Below, piece after piece: positions 28,087 to 37,054 of a stretch of DNA of 64,000 bases. The notes under the pieces were generated by a model. That model had not been told where the DNA came from and searched no databases. It saw only the letters and a program-made list of their open reading frames with translations. A program made the position numbers and the translations under genes. This DNA comes from a virus (lineage: Duplodnaviria; Caudoviricetes): the IMG/VR virus record IMGVR_UViG_3300036851_000157, positions 386-64,385 of that record, one strand, 5' to 3'. Each line of letters starts with the position of its first letter. The stretch's first letter is position 1.

Positions 28087-28283
28087 GTGTTACTCTCTTC
28101 CATCCCAAGAGTTATGGGTAATCAACCACCCATAACTACCGTCTTCACGTTCTACAGGTTCGACAATGGGCAAACAGCCACAATCAATTGGTTCGTGGGC
28201 TATACAATCTTTAATCGGAACAACGTGTACTTCGTTGTCTACCATTCTTGTAACCCACATCATTTAACTCCTCAATGGGCTCC

Positions 28284-28475
28284 CTAGTGGTTACCTATCA
28301 GATACCGTCTGCGCATGTAATGTCTGCGCCACATGGCCGGGTCTCCGCGACTGTTTCTCCATGGAGAGTCGTTTCCATTCTTGTCGACCGGATCGCCATG
28401 CCACTTGTTAACGCAGATGAATTCCCTACCGCTTACTAGTTCTATGTAGTTGCAATTTCCCTCGACCACAGACAA
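28284..28475 (-). CDS. Hypothetical protein
   Basis: GGAGGAGG RBS. Confidence 0.55.
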   Translation of the reverse strand: MSVVEGNCNYIELVSGREFICVNKWHGDPVDKNGNDSPWRNSRGDPAMWRRHYMRRRYLIGNH

Positions 28476-28478
28476 TTG

Positions 28479-28706
28479 TCACCTCCTCCAACCAATCTTC
28501 ACGTCCGTAGCGTTTAGCAGCTTCTGCCAGGATTCTAAGGACCCCCGCACTCGCCCGTTGACCATCTCACTGATTGTGGATCGACTCAGTCCAGTAGAGA
28601 TTGACAGCTGTTGATAGCTCATTGGGCTACTGCGAACAGCTTCAGACAACACTCTTTGAAGTTGAGTCATGCGAACGGGTCGATCTCTAAAGTAATCTCC
28701 TGCCAT
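28479..28706 (-). CDS. XRE-type HTH DNA-binding protein
   Basis: MSYQQLS..TGLSRSTISEM.NG. Confidence 0.8.
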   Translation of the reverse strand: MAGDYFRDRPVRMTQLQRVLSEAVRSSPMSYQQLSISTGLSRSTISEMVNGRVRGSLESWQKLLNATDVKIGWRR

Positions 28707-29413
28707 TACCTAACATCTCTCCATTCACCGTCAATAAATCGGACAAGGACGCCAATCTCTGACGCCCGGGCAGTCCACGCAGACATTCCCCGCATCACAT
28801 CTGCTTCGGAGAACCACGTTGGATCAAGAATCAACTCACCACCCGGTCGTCGAATACCATAGGGAGTCTGATCACTCATTGTTCGAACACGATAGCGGTC
28901 GTCGTGGCCTGGGTGATTGTCTTTGAATTCTAACAGGACAAATGAGTGCCAGGCAACACACGTCATGTGATGTGAACCGGTGTGGTTGTAACAAGTGCTT
29001 CCTTGGGGAACTGATCCAACCGGAACTGCCAGTTTGTACATCATGTCTTTGTGGCGAATTACTAATGGATCTCCTACGTCGATTTGTCGCTGGACTTCTC
29101 TAGAGTCAAGAGCCAAAACGATTGGTTTTTCTCCAGCTCGTGCCTCCACCAAGAATCCGCAAGCCTCCGGCTCATTCTCACAGACGTCGTAGTCATAGCC
29201 CGCCCAGAAGGCCGTAGAATGTCTCTGAATGGCGCTGTAAGACTTGCTCCACTCGTAGCCGACCCTCCACTGGTGTGCGTCGTACTTAGTGGCTCCACGG
29301 CCAAAATGCGTTGCCAGCTCAGTCAGCGGTCCAACAGGAATCAGATCGAATCGCTCGATCTTCACGCCCTTCTGGCCTCCGGTAGAGGACGTTGTCCTTT
29401 CTTCAAGACTCAA
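28706..29413 (-). CDS. dATP/dGTP diphosphohydrolase-domain protein (DUF5664-like) with insertion
   Basis: TGGQKG.K..RFDLIP, G..KY....W..G..WS, RH...W.G.D.D, TG.HH...VAWH. Confidence 0.75.
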   Translation of the reverse strand: MSLEERTTSSTGGQKGVKIERFDLIPVGPLTELATHFGRGATKYDAHQWRVGYEWSKSYSAIQRHSTAFWAGYDYDVCENEPEACGFLVEARAGEKPIVLALDSREVQRQIDVGDPLVIRHKDMMYKLAVPVGSVPQGSTCYNHTGSHHMTCVAWHSFVLLEFKDNHPGHDDRYRVRTMSDQTPYGIRRPGGELILDPTWFSEADVMRGMSAWTARASEIGVLVRFIDGEWRDVR

Positions 29414-29427
29414 TTTTTACTCCCTAG

Positions 29428-29661
29428 CTATACAGTTCGATATGGGTTCTGCGTCTGCTCTCTGGGCTCAACATCCGAGTATCCCTCAGAAAACCCAATA
29501 TCATTAGCTTCTTGCCATACGTCGGCAATGATTGGGATCAATGAACTCGCTGATTGGATGTAGTGCTTATTCTCAGGAGACTTCCGATCCCATATTTCAC
29601 GCGATCCGCCAAATAGCGTGAAGGCAAGCTTATCGATCAATTCATTAATCGTGTCGTTCAT
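29428..29661 (-). CDS. Hypothetical protein
   Basis: Coupled ORF ending NPY. Confidence 0.6.
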   Translation of the reverse strand: MNDTINELIDKLAFTLFGGSREIWDRKSPENKHYIQSASSLIPIIADVWQEANDIGFSEGYSDVEPREQTQNPYRTV

Positions 29662-30290
29662 TCACTCACCCTCACCCAGTCGCACAGAACGTAGTAGTCC
29701 TTCAGACGTACCATATCCAGCCTCGGTCTCTCCCATGTATCTGACAGTAGAGAAATGATAATGTTCTTGGGGCGCTTGGAACCGAACCCGTCATCAGCAC
29801 GCTTACTCTTACCGACCTCAACGCCGTTGATTTTCCACGTGTAGCCACCTCGCCGACAGTCGACCTCGTAGACGTTCCACTTCGACGGTGTAAGATTTGC
29901 AGAATCCTTGTAGGGCTGCTTGGGAGGCCACGGACCCGTCCAGATCGAATGATGCACTGTCTTGTCGTCTCCAAAGTGCTCAGCGACGTCAATCTCATGA
30001 TCGTCCACAGTCTCGTATGGCGTCACAGACTGAAGCCACGCAGCGCCGTGAGCCCCAGGAGGAGCGTGGAACTTCATGCAGAACTCAATGCGGCCTTCAG
30101 TGAAAGAGAACTTTGGATCCCAGACATGGCCGATCACCAACTGGTTGTTGAGCCGAAGCAACCGCAGCTCAAGCTTCCCGTTGACAATTTGCACAGCGTT
30201 TGGAGAAGTTGGGAGATCCTGCACGACCGGAGCACGAGTCACAAACGAACCCATGCCGTCCTTGAAGTGGTGCTCGTAGATATAGGTCAT
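29658..30290 (-). CDS. GH16-like glycoside hydrolase
   Basis: EIDVAE catalytic motif; G.IE...K, AAWL, WNVY.V, W.ING, DWVRV. Confidence 0.75.
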   Translation of the reverse strand: MTYIYEHHFKDGMGSFVTRAPVVQDLPTSPNAVQIVNGKLELRLLRLNNQLVIGHVWDPKFSFTEGRIEFCMKFHAPPGAHGAAWLQSVTPYETVDDHEIDVAEHFGDDKTVHHSIWTGPWPPKQPYKDSANLTPSKWNVYEVDCRRGGYTWKINGVEVGKSKRADDGFGSKRPKNIIISLLSDTWERPRLDMVRLKDYYVLCDWVRVSE

Positions 30291-30649
30291 GAGATCTTGT
30301 GTCCTGTCTTCTCAGCATGCTTGATAGCAGCCTTCTGAAGCACCTTGAATCGGTAGTGAGGCTTTCTCCACCCACAAGTGCAGATAGCCGCAGGAACGTC
30401 TCCAGTGCCCTCTGCAGGCTCGTAGTACACGAATGGCTCCTTGTACCGGTCTTCCTTTACAGGCTCTGCATTGGTCCTTAGAAGCTCGTTAACGCGTTCA
30501 TTAGCTAAACGCGCCATACCCTCACTGATCTTTTTATGCTCGAGTATCTCAGGCTCTGCGGTTCGCATCTCCTCGAGAGTCTGCATGTATGCCTTGTTTG
30601 CGTCTTCCATGTCTACTCCTTCTTTATTTAGGAAATTGAGCCATGTCAC
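30287..30649 (-). CDS. Hypothetical protein with CxC...H...H motif
   Basis: ICTCGW...KHAEKTGH, as in 24595-24948. Confidence 0.65.
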   Translation of the reverse strand: MTWLNFLNKEGVDMEDANKAYMQTLEEMRTAEPEILEHKKISEGMARLANERVNELLRTNAEPVKEDRYKEPFVYYEPAEGTGDVPAAICTCGWRKPHYRFKVLQKAAIKHAEKTGHKIS

Positions 30650-30900
30650 TTCTTGCGCTGCTCTTCGTGCCTATTCAGACACGGTCCGCACAGCTTCCGC
30701 TCTCCTGTGACCGATTTTTCACAGTCGAGACACTTCCCTGTCGGACTTGCAGTGCTAACGAAATTCGGCTCAAGAGATTCTGCTAGGATTCGGTCGGCCT
30801 CAGATAGGTCGTAGTGGACCTTTTTGTGTCGTGGGGCAGATTTGAGAAACTTGTTGTAAAGCCACCCAACGATCCGAGTTCTATGCTTCCTGCGAGACAT
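30646..30900 (-). CDS. Small Zn-finger-like protein
   Basis: CLDC...CGPC. Confidence 0.65.
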   Translation of the reverse strand: MSRRKHRTRIVGWLYNKFLKSAPRHKKVHYDLSEADRILAESLEPNFVSTASPTGKCLDCEKSVTGERKLCGPCLNRHEEQRKK

Positions 30901-30915
30901 CTGATCTTCCCTTCC

Positions 30916-31149
30916 TCAACATCCACAATTCGGTGTGTGTCGGTCTCCATGCTTCCCGTCCAGACCGACTGGCCGCATCCGATCGCACTCATCAATGATC
31001 CGTTGAAGTCGATCGACATGTTCTCGCATTCTTGGACCGCCAACAGCGAGAATTCCTTGTTGAGCAATACAGAGAGTTTCCTTCAACATCTTTGGGGTGT
31101 CTGGTAGAGCGTAAACAAACAAGTCTGCGAGATCGTAGTTCTTTGCCAT
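30916..31149 (-). CDS. Hypothetical protein
   Basis: AGGAG RBS; RP.G.DGKHGDRHT..CGC. Confidence 0.65.
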   Translation of the reverse strand: MAKNYDLADLFVYALPDTPKMLKETLCIAQQGILAVGGPRMREHVDRLQRIIDECDRMRPVGLDGKHGDRHTPNCGC

Positions 31150-31158
31150 TACCAACTC

Positions 31159-31404
31159 CTACTCATCCCAAGCGGATTTGTTGTTGCTGGTAAGATCTTC
31201 CTCTTTAGCAGTCATCCACCCAAGGGTGAAGCCGATGAAACGCCCTGCTGCGGCTTCTTTTGCAACGAGCTCAGCTAATTCGTTGTCTTCAAATTTGAGT
31301 GTGATTTTTCCGTTCTCGACATCGAATCCACAGTGCAGTATCTTTGGGCCTGGAGTATCGATTCGCGTAAGCCCGCTGATCTGTTTTATGTAAGTGTGGT
31401 TCAT
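31159..31404 (-). CDS. Hypothetical protein
   Basis: ORF in coupled chain. Confidence 0.6.
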   Translation of the reverse strand: MNHTYIKQISGLTRIDTPGPKILHCGFDVENGKITLKFEDNELAELVAKEAAAGRFIGFTLGWMTAKEEDLTSNNKSAWDE

Positions 31405-31668
31405 CTAATCCCCCTGTTCGTTTCGGTCAAAATTGTTGATGATTTGTCTCTCTACAATGAGAGTGGCAAATCGCAAGAGCCCAAGACTAGTAGCAGGCTT
31501 CTGATCCTCGGCATGGACAGTAGCCCATCTACGACCTCCATCGCTGTCGATATAGTCGATAGTTCCGGAGAAACCTTGAGGGAAACCTCCTCCAAGCTCT
31601 CCCAATGCCGTCTCGATGGCTCGATTCAAATGTCGAGCGAATACCTCTGCTGCTCCTTCGTCGCTCAC
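31405..31668 (-). CDS. Hypothetical protein
   Basis: ORF in coupled chain. Confidence 0.6.
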   Translation of the reverse strand: MSDEGAAEVFARHLNRAIETALGELGGGFPQGFSGTIDYIDSDGGRRWATVHAEDQKPATSLGLLRFATLIVERQIINNFDRNEQGD

Positions 31669-31868
31669 CGACCTGCCCTCTTAGTGTCTCGGTAGATAGC
31701 CAGAGCCAACAGAAGATTGGAACGGGCCAGAATCAGTGGCGTCAAGAGGAACGTCCCGTCGAGTGCTTGGAGTTCTTGGACCTCGACTCCTTGTCGCTTT
31801 GCCTCAGCAATGAGCGCTGCTCGTTGGGCGTCAACACGGTTGAGCTCAGAGCGGATCTGTGGTTCCAT
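31665..31868 (-). CDS. Hypothetical protein
   Basis: AGGAG RBS before MEPQ. Confidence 0.6.
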   Translation of the reverse strand: MEPQIRSELNRVDAQRAALIAEAKRQGVEVQELQALDGTFLLTPLILARSNLLLALAIYRDTKRAGR

Positions 31869-31876
31869 TTTTTCTC

Positions 31877-32168
31877 CTAATGCTCTGCGCAATGCCCGAA
31901 CATGCGGTGGTTGATTTCGTGGCCGGTCATTGTAATCAAGCCGGCGAGCTGAGTAACAGATGTAGGCGGTAGACTGAGATAGTCCGTTCTGTACATCTGA
32001 TTACCGCTCTCGTCGAACTGCGAAGACTCAAATGCGATGACACAACCAGTCATGATGCTGGGCTCGTCACTATCGTCAGTGACATGAATCCACTCCTGCA
32101 CACGCACACGGAGCTCTTCGATGAGCTCGTTCATACGCTTGCGTCGCTCTTCTTGATCCATCTCCATG
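31877..32168 (-). CDS. Hypothetical protein
   Basis: Probable start MEMDQEE after GGAG. Confidence 0.6.
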
Positions 32169-32318
32169 ACTACTCCACTTCCTTTTTGAACCAAGCAGCG
32201 CCGTTCTCGAATCCGACAAGCTCCCAGCCCTCTTCGCCTAGACGAGTGAATTGGATCTCGTCTGCGCGTGGGTGATACGGATTCATACCTATAGATATAT
32301 AGATGAACTTCTTCATGA

Positions 32319-32555
32319 CTACTCCTTGTTGGTTTGTGGTACGAGTCCGAAGCGTTGTAATTGCTCAGCCATCTCATGCTCGGTTTCGCCTGCGAAGATG
32401 ACCACGTCTTGCACATCATTCAGATCTGAAGTTGCTAATAGTGCCTGGACATCGATCGGAATGGGCATGTCTTTATGCAATCGCGTCGTGTTCTCTCGAG
32501 AGAGGCCAAGAAGCAAGGTTCGGCGATTGTTGATAACTGCTACGACTTTGATCAT
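32319..32555 (-). CDS. Hypothetical protein
   Basis: AAGGAG RBS; LLGLSREN..RL...PI. Confidence 0.7.
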   Translation of the reverse strand: MIKVVAVINNRRTLLLGLSRENTTRLHKDMPIPIDVQALLATSDLNDVQDVVIFAGETEHEMAEQLQRFGLVPQTNKE

Positions 32556-32612
32556 GGTTTCTCCTTCTAGCTTAAAAGGAGAGCCTATGTGGGTATAGGC
32601 CCTCCTGGAAGA

Positions 32613-32867
32613 CTATTGGTTGAACAATCGAGTGGGAAGTACGTGGAAGGTTCCACGCTTCGTCATGTACGTGATTCCGTCACGTCCTCCGTCAACGAGG
32701 GATTGCTGAACGTCATGCGGCAGATCGAGCAGGTCTCGCTTCCACGTCGATCCGACGTAGAAGGAGATAGCTCCAGCCGTGACTCCAGCAATCCACACGT
32801 AGGGGAGTGGGTGTTCGGTGATCTCGAGTTTGACTCTGGCGTATGCCTTCTTGAGCTTCTCGTTCAT
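32613..32867 (-). CDS. Cassette small membrane protein
   Basis: Promoter motif at 32890-32916, AAAGGAG RBS, one TM segment. Confidence 0.75.
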   Translation of the reverse strand: MNEKLKKAYARVKLEITEHPLPYVWIAGVTAGAISFYVGSTWKRDLLDLPHDVQQSLVDGGRDGITYMTKRGTFHVLPTRLFNQ

Positions 32868-32906
32868 GGTTCTCCTTTGGTTGGGATCTTCATTATAGGC
32901 TACGTA

Positions 32907-33209
32907 TTAACTGCGAAGAGGACGAATCATCTCGCCTTTAGCTGTATGTTCGAATCCGAATTTTGCGTAGAACGCCTCGAGTTGTTGCTGATCTAAGCTC
33001 GCGTCGTGACCATATGGACGAGCTCGCAGAACCAGCCGCATCTGTAGCTCATCGCCAAACTCACATACAAGACCCATCAACCCTGTGCCATGTCCCCGCC
33101 CACGATTGTTAGCGACAACATCAATCACCCGAATCGTTTTCTTCTCGTTAGAGATGAGCAAGAAGCAATGCGCTGATTTATAGCTGACGTATTTACTGTA
33201 CTCCGGCAT
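32907..33209 (-). CDS. GNAT acetyltransferase
   Basis: RGRGHGTGLM motif A; FYAKFGF. Confidence 0.8.
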   Translation of the reverse strand: MPEYSKYVSYKSAHCFLLISNEKKTIRVIDVVANNRGRGHGTGLMGLVCEFGDELQMRLVLRARPYGHDASLDQQQLEAFYAKFGFEHTAKGEMIRPLRS

Positions 33210-33256
33210 GAGAACCTTTCATACAGAAAGCGAGAGGCCTTGCGGCCTCTGCTTAG

Positions 33257-33460
33257 TTATGCCTCTCTGAATACGAGTCCGGGTAGAATAACGCGCTTTC
33301 GGCGTTCTAGTGTGACAATCCAGAATCCGTCGGGCAGGTCCTCCGGAATGCCCACGTGTGTGATGTTCCACTTGATGTAGAGGTTTCGCAACGTGAGCCT
33401 TCCGTAGACCTGCGAGATGTCGGGTCCGTCTTTGTCGACGTAATAGCCTCGTTTTTGCAT
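33257..33460 (-). CDS. Cassette hypothetical protein
   Basis: Promoter 33483; AAGGAG RBS; hairpin 33232-33250. Confidence 0.7.
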   Translation of the reverse strand: MQKRGYYVDKDGPDISQVYGRLTLRNLYIKWNITHVGIPEDLPDGFWIVTLERRKRVILPGLVFREA

Positions 33461-33536
33461 TTTGGTCTCCTTCGTTGGGGTTCTATTAAAGCCCATGTAA
33501 ACAAAGCGAGAGGGCTTGTTAGGGCCTCTGCTAGTG

Positions 33537-33701
33537 CTACCGTGTGTGGTCTTGATGCTTCAAGCAGAAAATGCTCGGGTAGTTGACGCCGAGGTACTCG
33601 TTGCACACCTCGCCAGCTGCGTCTTTTGCTTCGCAGTATTGAGTGGTTACGTAGTACCCGTCGCCAACATACTCGAAATGGGTGTCTGATGTTTCAAGCA
33701 T
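33537..33701 (-). CDS. Cassette hypothetical protein (Cys-rich)
   Basis: Promoter 33721; AAGGAGG RBS; hairpin ~33509-33529. Confidence 0.7.
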   Translation of the reverse strand: MLETSDTHFEYVGDGYYVTTQYCEAKDAAGEVCNEYLGVNYPSIFCLKHQDHTR

Positions 33702-33782
33702 AATGCCTCCTTGGTAGGTTCTATTAAACACCATGTATTGGCTGCGAAAAACGCAGAGCCCGTGTAGGGCCCTGCGAGTGGT

Positions 33783-34028
33783 TCAAGACGTGTGGTGATC
33801 GATGGCGATTACCTCGCCACCCATCTTCTCTTTCACGAGCGCAACTGCCTCGTCCATCGAGGCGATGGTCTCCTTGTCGAAGTCGCGGGAGGACTGCATG
33901 GCCTTTGCCTTCGCCTTGCGGCGCTTGGCGCGGGTCCTGCCGTCCTGCCACTCTTCAAACGAAGCGTGAGCCATCACTCCGATCACGAAGAACAGAATGG
34001 CTGTGATGAAGAAAGCATAGGTGGTCAT
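33783..34028 (-). CDS. Cassette membrane protein
   Basis: Promoter 34057; RBS; N-terminal TM; hairpin 33752-33775. Confidence 0.75.
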   Translation of the reverse strand: MTTYAFFITAILFFVIGVMAHASFEEWQDGRTRAKRRKAKAKAMQSSRDFDKETIASMDEAVALVKEKMGGEVIAIDHHTS

Positions 34029-34228
34029 GGTTCTCCTTCTTACAGTTGGGGTCTTTTCATTAGAGGCCATGAATTTGTTGCGAGCAGTTTAACGATCATG
34101 CTCAGGACGGCGTGAGTACAAGGCGCAACGGCCAAATTAAAACTCGCATATGGTTAGAAATGCCAAGAGGCTAGGAGTCTCTTGCGAGTCTTCAACTAGC
34201 CTCTTGGCGTGTTGCCCCCCGGCAACAT

Positions 34229-34333
34229 TCAGCGGTTCTTGATGTACAGCACGATGCGGGAAGCGTTGTTGCACTGAGCGACGTACTGGTTGTAGTCGAC
34301 TCGGGCAGCAAGCATTCGCTTGGTGAGGTTCAT
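34229..34333 (-). CDS. 34-aa cassette peptide
   Basis: Promoter 34364; AAGGAG RBS; MNLTKRMLAARVDYNQY; hairpin 34161-34208. Confidence 0.6.
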   Translation of the reverse strand: MNLTKRMLAARVDYNQYVAQCNNASRIVLYIKNR

Positions 34334-34486
34334 TTCTTCTCCTTGTTGGGTGTCTATGGGGGTCTATTATGGGCGTTGTAATTCTTGCGAGGGGGTAGAG
34401 ATTTGGACGCCAGTCACGGCCCTCTACCCCCTCTATTAAGAGGGATTCTTCACAAAAGGTTTTCTCATCTCAGTGCCTTTTGTGAA

Positions 34487-34564
34487 CTATCTCTTGGGCA
34501 CCACCAACAGGATTGCGATGGTCGAAGCAACCAGCGAGATGACACTCATCGTGTAGGCGGACAT
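34487..34564 (-). CDS. 25-aa hydrophobic peptide
   Basis: GAGGAGGTG RBS; MSAYTMSVISLVASTIAILLVVPKR. Confidence 0.55.
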   Translation of the reverse strand: MSAYTMSVISLVASTIAILLVVPKR

Positions 34565-34589
34565 CGTACTCACCTCCTCTTTCTCTAAC

Positions 34590-35590
34590 TGTAGACAAAT
34601 AAAGGGGCGCAAGGCAGTTCCAGTCTCGGATGATAACTGCGGCTGTCATTTAAGACCGAGCGAATGCGCTTCCCCACGCCGCTGATCCCCACAAAGTATA
34701 GGTGTTCCTGGGCTGACTCAACGACTAAAATGCCGAGGCTACCAGCCAGTAGCTTTAAGGTTAACATAGCAGGAACGTGCGTTTATATGCAGCAAGACCT
34801 CGCCAGGCCTTATGGGATTCGGCAATTCGTGTCCTCACCCATGGATAGTTCGCTACGCGTTCTACCCGCGTCTGTGTGAGCAGTTTAGTAGCCAGACATG
34901 CTCAGGTCTGATGGGATTCGGGCCAACTCCCTCACCCATGGACACCGCTCGGCGGAACGGAGAAACGCCGTCACGGCACCCGCGTCTTCAGAGTACGCCG
35001 CCTATCCTCAAGAATTTTACTCCCCGTCGTGTTTTTATTCACAAGAGAGAGCAAAGAAGAGGAAGCCTAGGACTTGTCAACGACGTACCCCGTCTAAAGA
35101 ACAGCAAGTGGGGACGAGTCAACCCCTAAAGACTTATCTGAAGTCACCTTGTTGTTCGGCTTGAGTGCGGCTTTTAGCGTCACGGCTTCTCACCCGTGTA
35201 CCAGTCATCCGCCAGGACTGTGCCCCGGTGTAGTTTTATTTAACAACCCGATCAAACCAGTTTACTCGTTTAAGAGGACTTAAAGATCACCGATTTGTCG
35301 TAGCGGAATATCAGGTCAACCTCTCCTTGCTCTGGCCATGCTTAATCAGGAGGTTCGTTACTGCATGGTAAAACCTGATGCTCAAGTAGGTGCCTGAATT
35401 GTTATCCCGGTACAGGCTCCCGGGGTGGGTGCCTCCAACGCCGACGTAAATGCCGGCCGCTGAAGAGGACTGCCATCCGACTGCTTCGCCGTCCTTGGCA
35501 GAGGACGCTTATCGCAAATGAGTCACCTATAACACGCTGCCTCATGGCCTTATTAGTACCCACTTCTTCAATCCTCGTAAGGATTGAAGA
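34590..35590 (-). ncRNA. Candidate large structured non-coding RNA region
   Basis: ~1 kb without a credible ORF; duplicated structural module, pseudoknot, many hairpins; strand inferred. Confidence 0.5.
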
Positions 35591-35593
35591 AAT

Positions 35594-35798
35594 CTACTTC
35601 GGGCAACCGTAGTTGCTGTTGTGCGCCAAAACCTTCACATTGGATCGTGGGTCGGCGTAGATCTTGCAGCCGTACCGGCAGTCGCTCAGAGCGAACTCGT
35701 ACATTCGAGCCACAACTGTCGGGTCCGGGTGAAGTGCCTCACTGGAACCCACCTCGTAGGTCACTTCGATCTTCTCGTCAATGTCAATCCAGTCCATG
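35594..35798 (-). CDS. Hypothetical protein
   Basis: GGGAG RBS; CRYGCK...H..NYGC. Confidence 0.6.
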
Positions 35799-35805
35799 TG
35801 TCTCC

Positions 35806-36069
35806 CTAACTCCAGGATCGCAAGTTCTCCTCGCCCCATCCATGACCTCGCATCTGAGTCCAGGGGATCTTACGCCTACGATTCTTCTTGCTTTTCATGC
35901 GCTTAGCCCATCGAGCCTGCTTGGGACCAACGCCCACCTCTGCGTAGCTCCATCTGAAGTCTCGCGGCACAGAGAACGTGCTACGGCCCTTGTAGGCGTA
36001 CTCGAACTCCTCGGCTCCGACCTCACGCAGTCGAACCCAAGAAGGTTTGGTTTTGTCGGTTTTCGACAT
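35806..36069 (-). CDS. Basic hypothetical protein
   Basis: AAGGAGG RBS; MSKTDKTKP.WV. Confidence 0.7.
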   Translation of the reverse strand: MSKTDKTKPSWVRLREVGAEEFEYAYKGRSTFSVPRDFRWSYAEVGVGPKQARWAKRMKSKKNRRRKIPWTQMRGHGWGEENLRSWS

Positions 36070-36194
36070 GTCATCTACCTCCTTCAGGTAAATAACATGT
36101 GACCACCTCCTTCTAGTTATGAGACAAACACTTCAAAGCCCTACCCAGGGCGTGAGCGGGGGATTCACACAACCCTGGGTAGGACGTTCAGGTG

Positions 36195-36635
36195 TCAACT
36201 ACGGTCGTAACCGATCACATGACGGCGTGTGATGCGTGCCTTGGTTCCGTACTTAGCGGCTCCATATGTCATGTTCGTACGGACAGGCTCGTGGTCGTCC
36301 TCAGTCGTCTCGAGGAATGCCTTGAGTTCCTTGTCGACGGCGAGCTCGCACTCCACCCAATACACACCCTCTGGCTTGCGACCGGGCTTCTGGTTGATGA
36401 TGTTGTACTTCTTTGTAAACTCCTTGTTGCTGATCCAGAGGTTGTGGACCGTCACAAGCGGAGAGAAGTTGTCTCCATCGAAGGAATTTCGGTCGTACGA
36501 ACCTGGTACGTTGATGACGAGCCAGTATCCATTCACGTTGGCGAACGGGTAGGCCGCGAACCCGGCCGGTAAACAGGCAACAGCGATCGGGTAGGTTTCC
36601 TCGTTGATAAGGATGGCCTGCGTCTTGATTCGCAT
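36195..36635 (-). CDS. Hypothetical protein
   Basis: AAGGAGGAG RBS before MRIKTQ; downstream hairpin ~36139-36184. Confidence 0.7.
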   Translation of the reverse strand: MRIKTQAILINEETYPIAVACLPAGFAAYPFANVNGYWLVINVPGSYDRNSFDGDNFSPLVTVHNLWISNKEFTKKYNIINQKPGRKPEGVYWVECELAVDKELKAFLETTEDDHEPVRTNMTYGAAKYGTKARITRRHVIGYDRS

Positions 36636-37054
36636 GTCTCCTCCTTCTTTGTAGAGATACCACTGTGATACCTCAAAGCCTGGCACAGATCCCACGCCAC
36701 ATGTTAAGGAGATGGTCTCCTACACAGCGGGGTCCCGGAACAAGTCTAGAAACGGGACGGCTTTCGGTGACGAGAGCTCCAAAGATCTGTGCCAGACGTT
36801 CAGATATCCGTTCTTGTTGTTGATCAACCTTGGACAATGTCATACAGACAAACGGAGAATGCGCCCAAGACTGCAAGAGTTAGCAGAAACATCTTCGCCT
36901 GGTCACTCTTCCTCATTGGGATGATCCCGACGTACATGGTTGTTGATGAGAGCAATCGCGACATCAGGATTCATATCGCTTCTCGTTTCAGAACACGTAG
37001 AGTAAGGACACCTGACAATTTTGCCCTCAGAAATGCTGTCGATGACGTCACCCA

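Larger units (their letters stand above)
32890..34390 (-). promoter_or_regulatory. Five copies of the promoter motif (32890, 33483, 33721, 34057, 34364) with intervening hairpins
   Basis: Exact 27-nt spacing TCGC-N6-WWC-N8-TAAYRR; each upstream of an RBS and ORF. Confidence 0.8.

Noticed and set aside
28479-28706. Immunity repressor / lysogeny module
   Set aside because: Short co-oriented HTH gene without divergent partner, integrase or parAB
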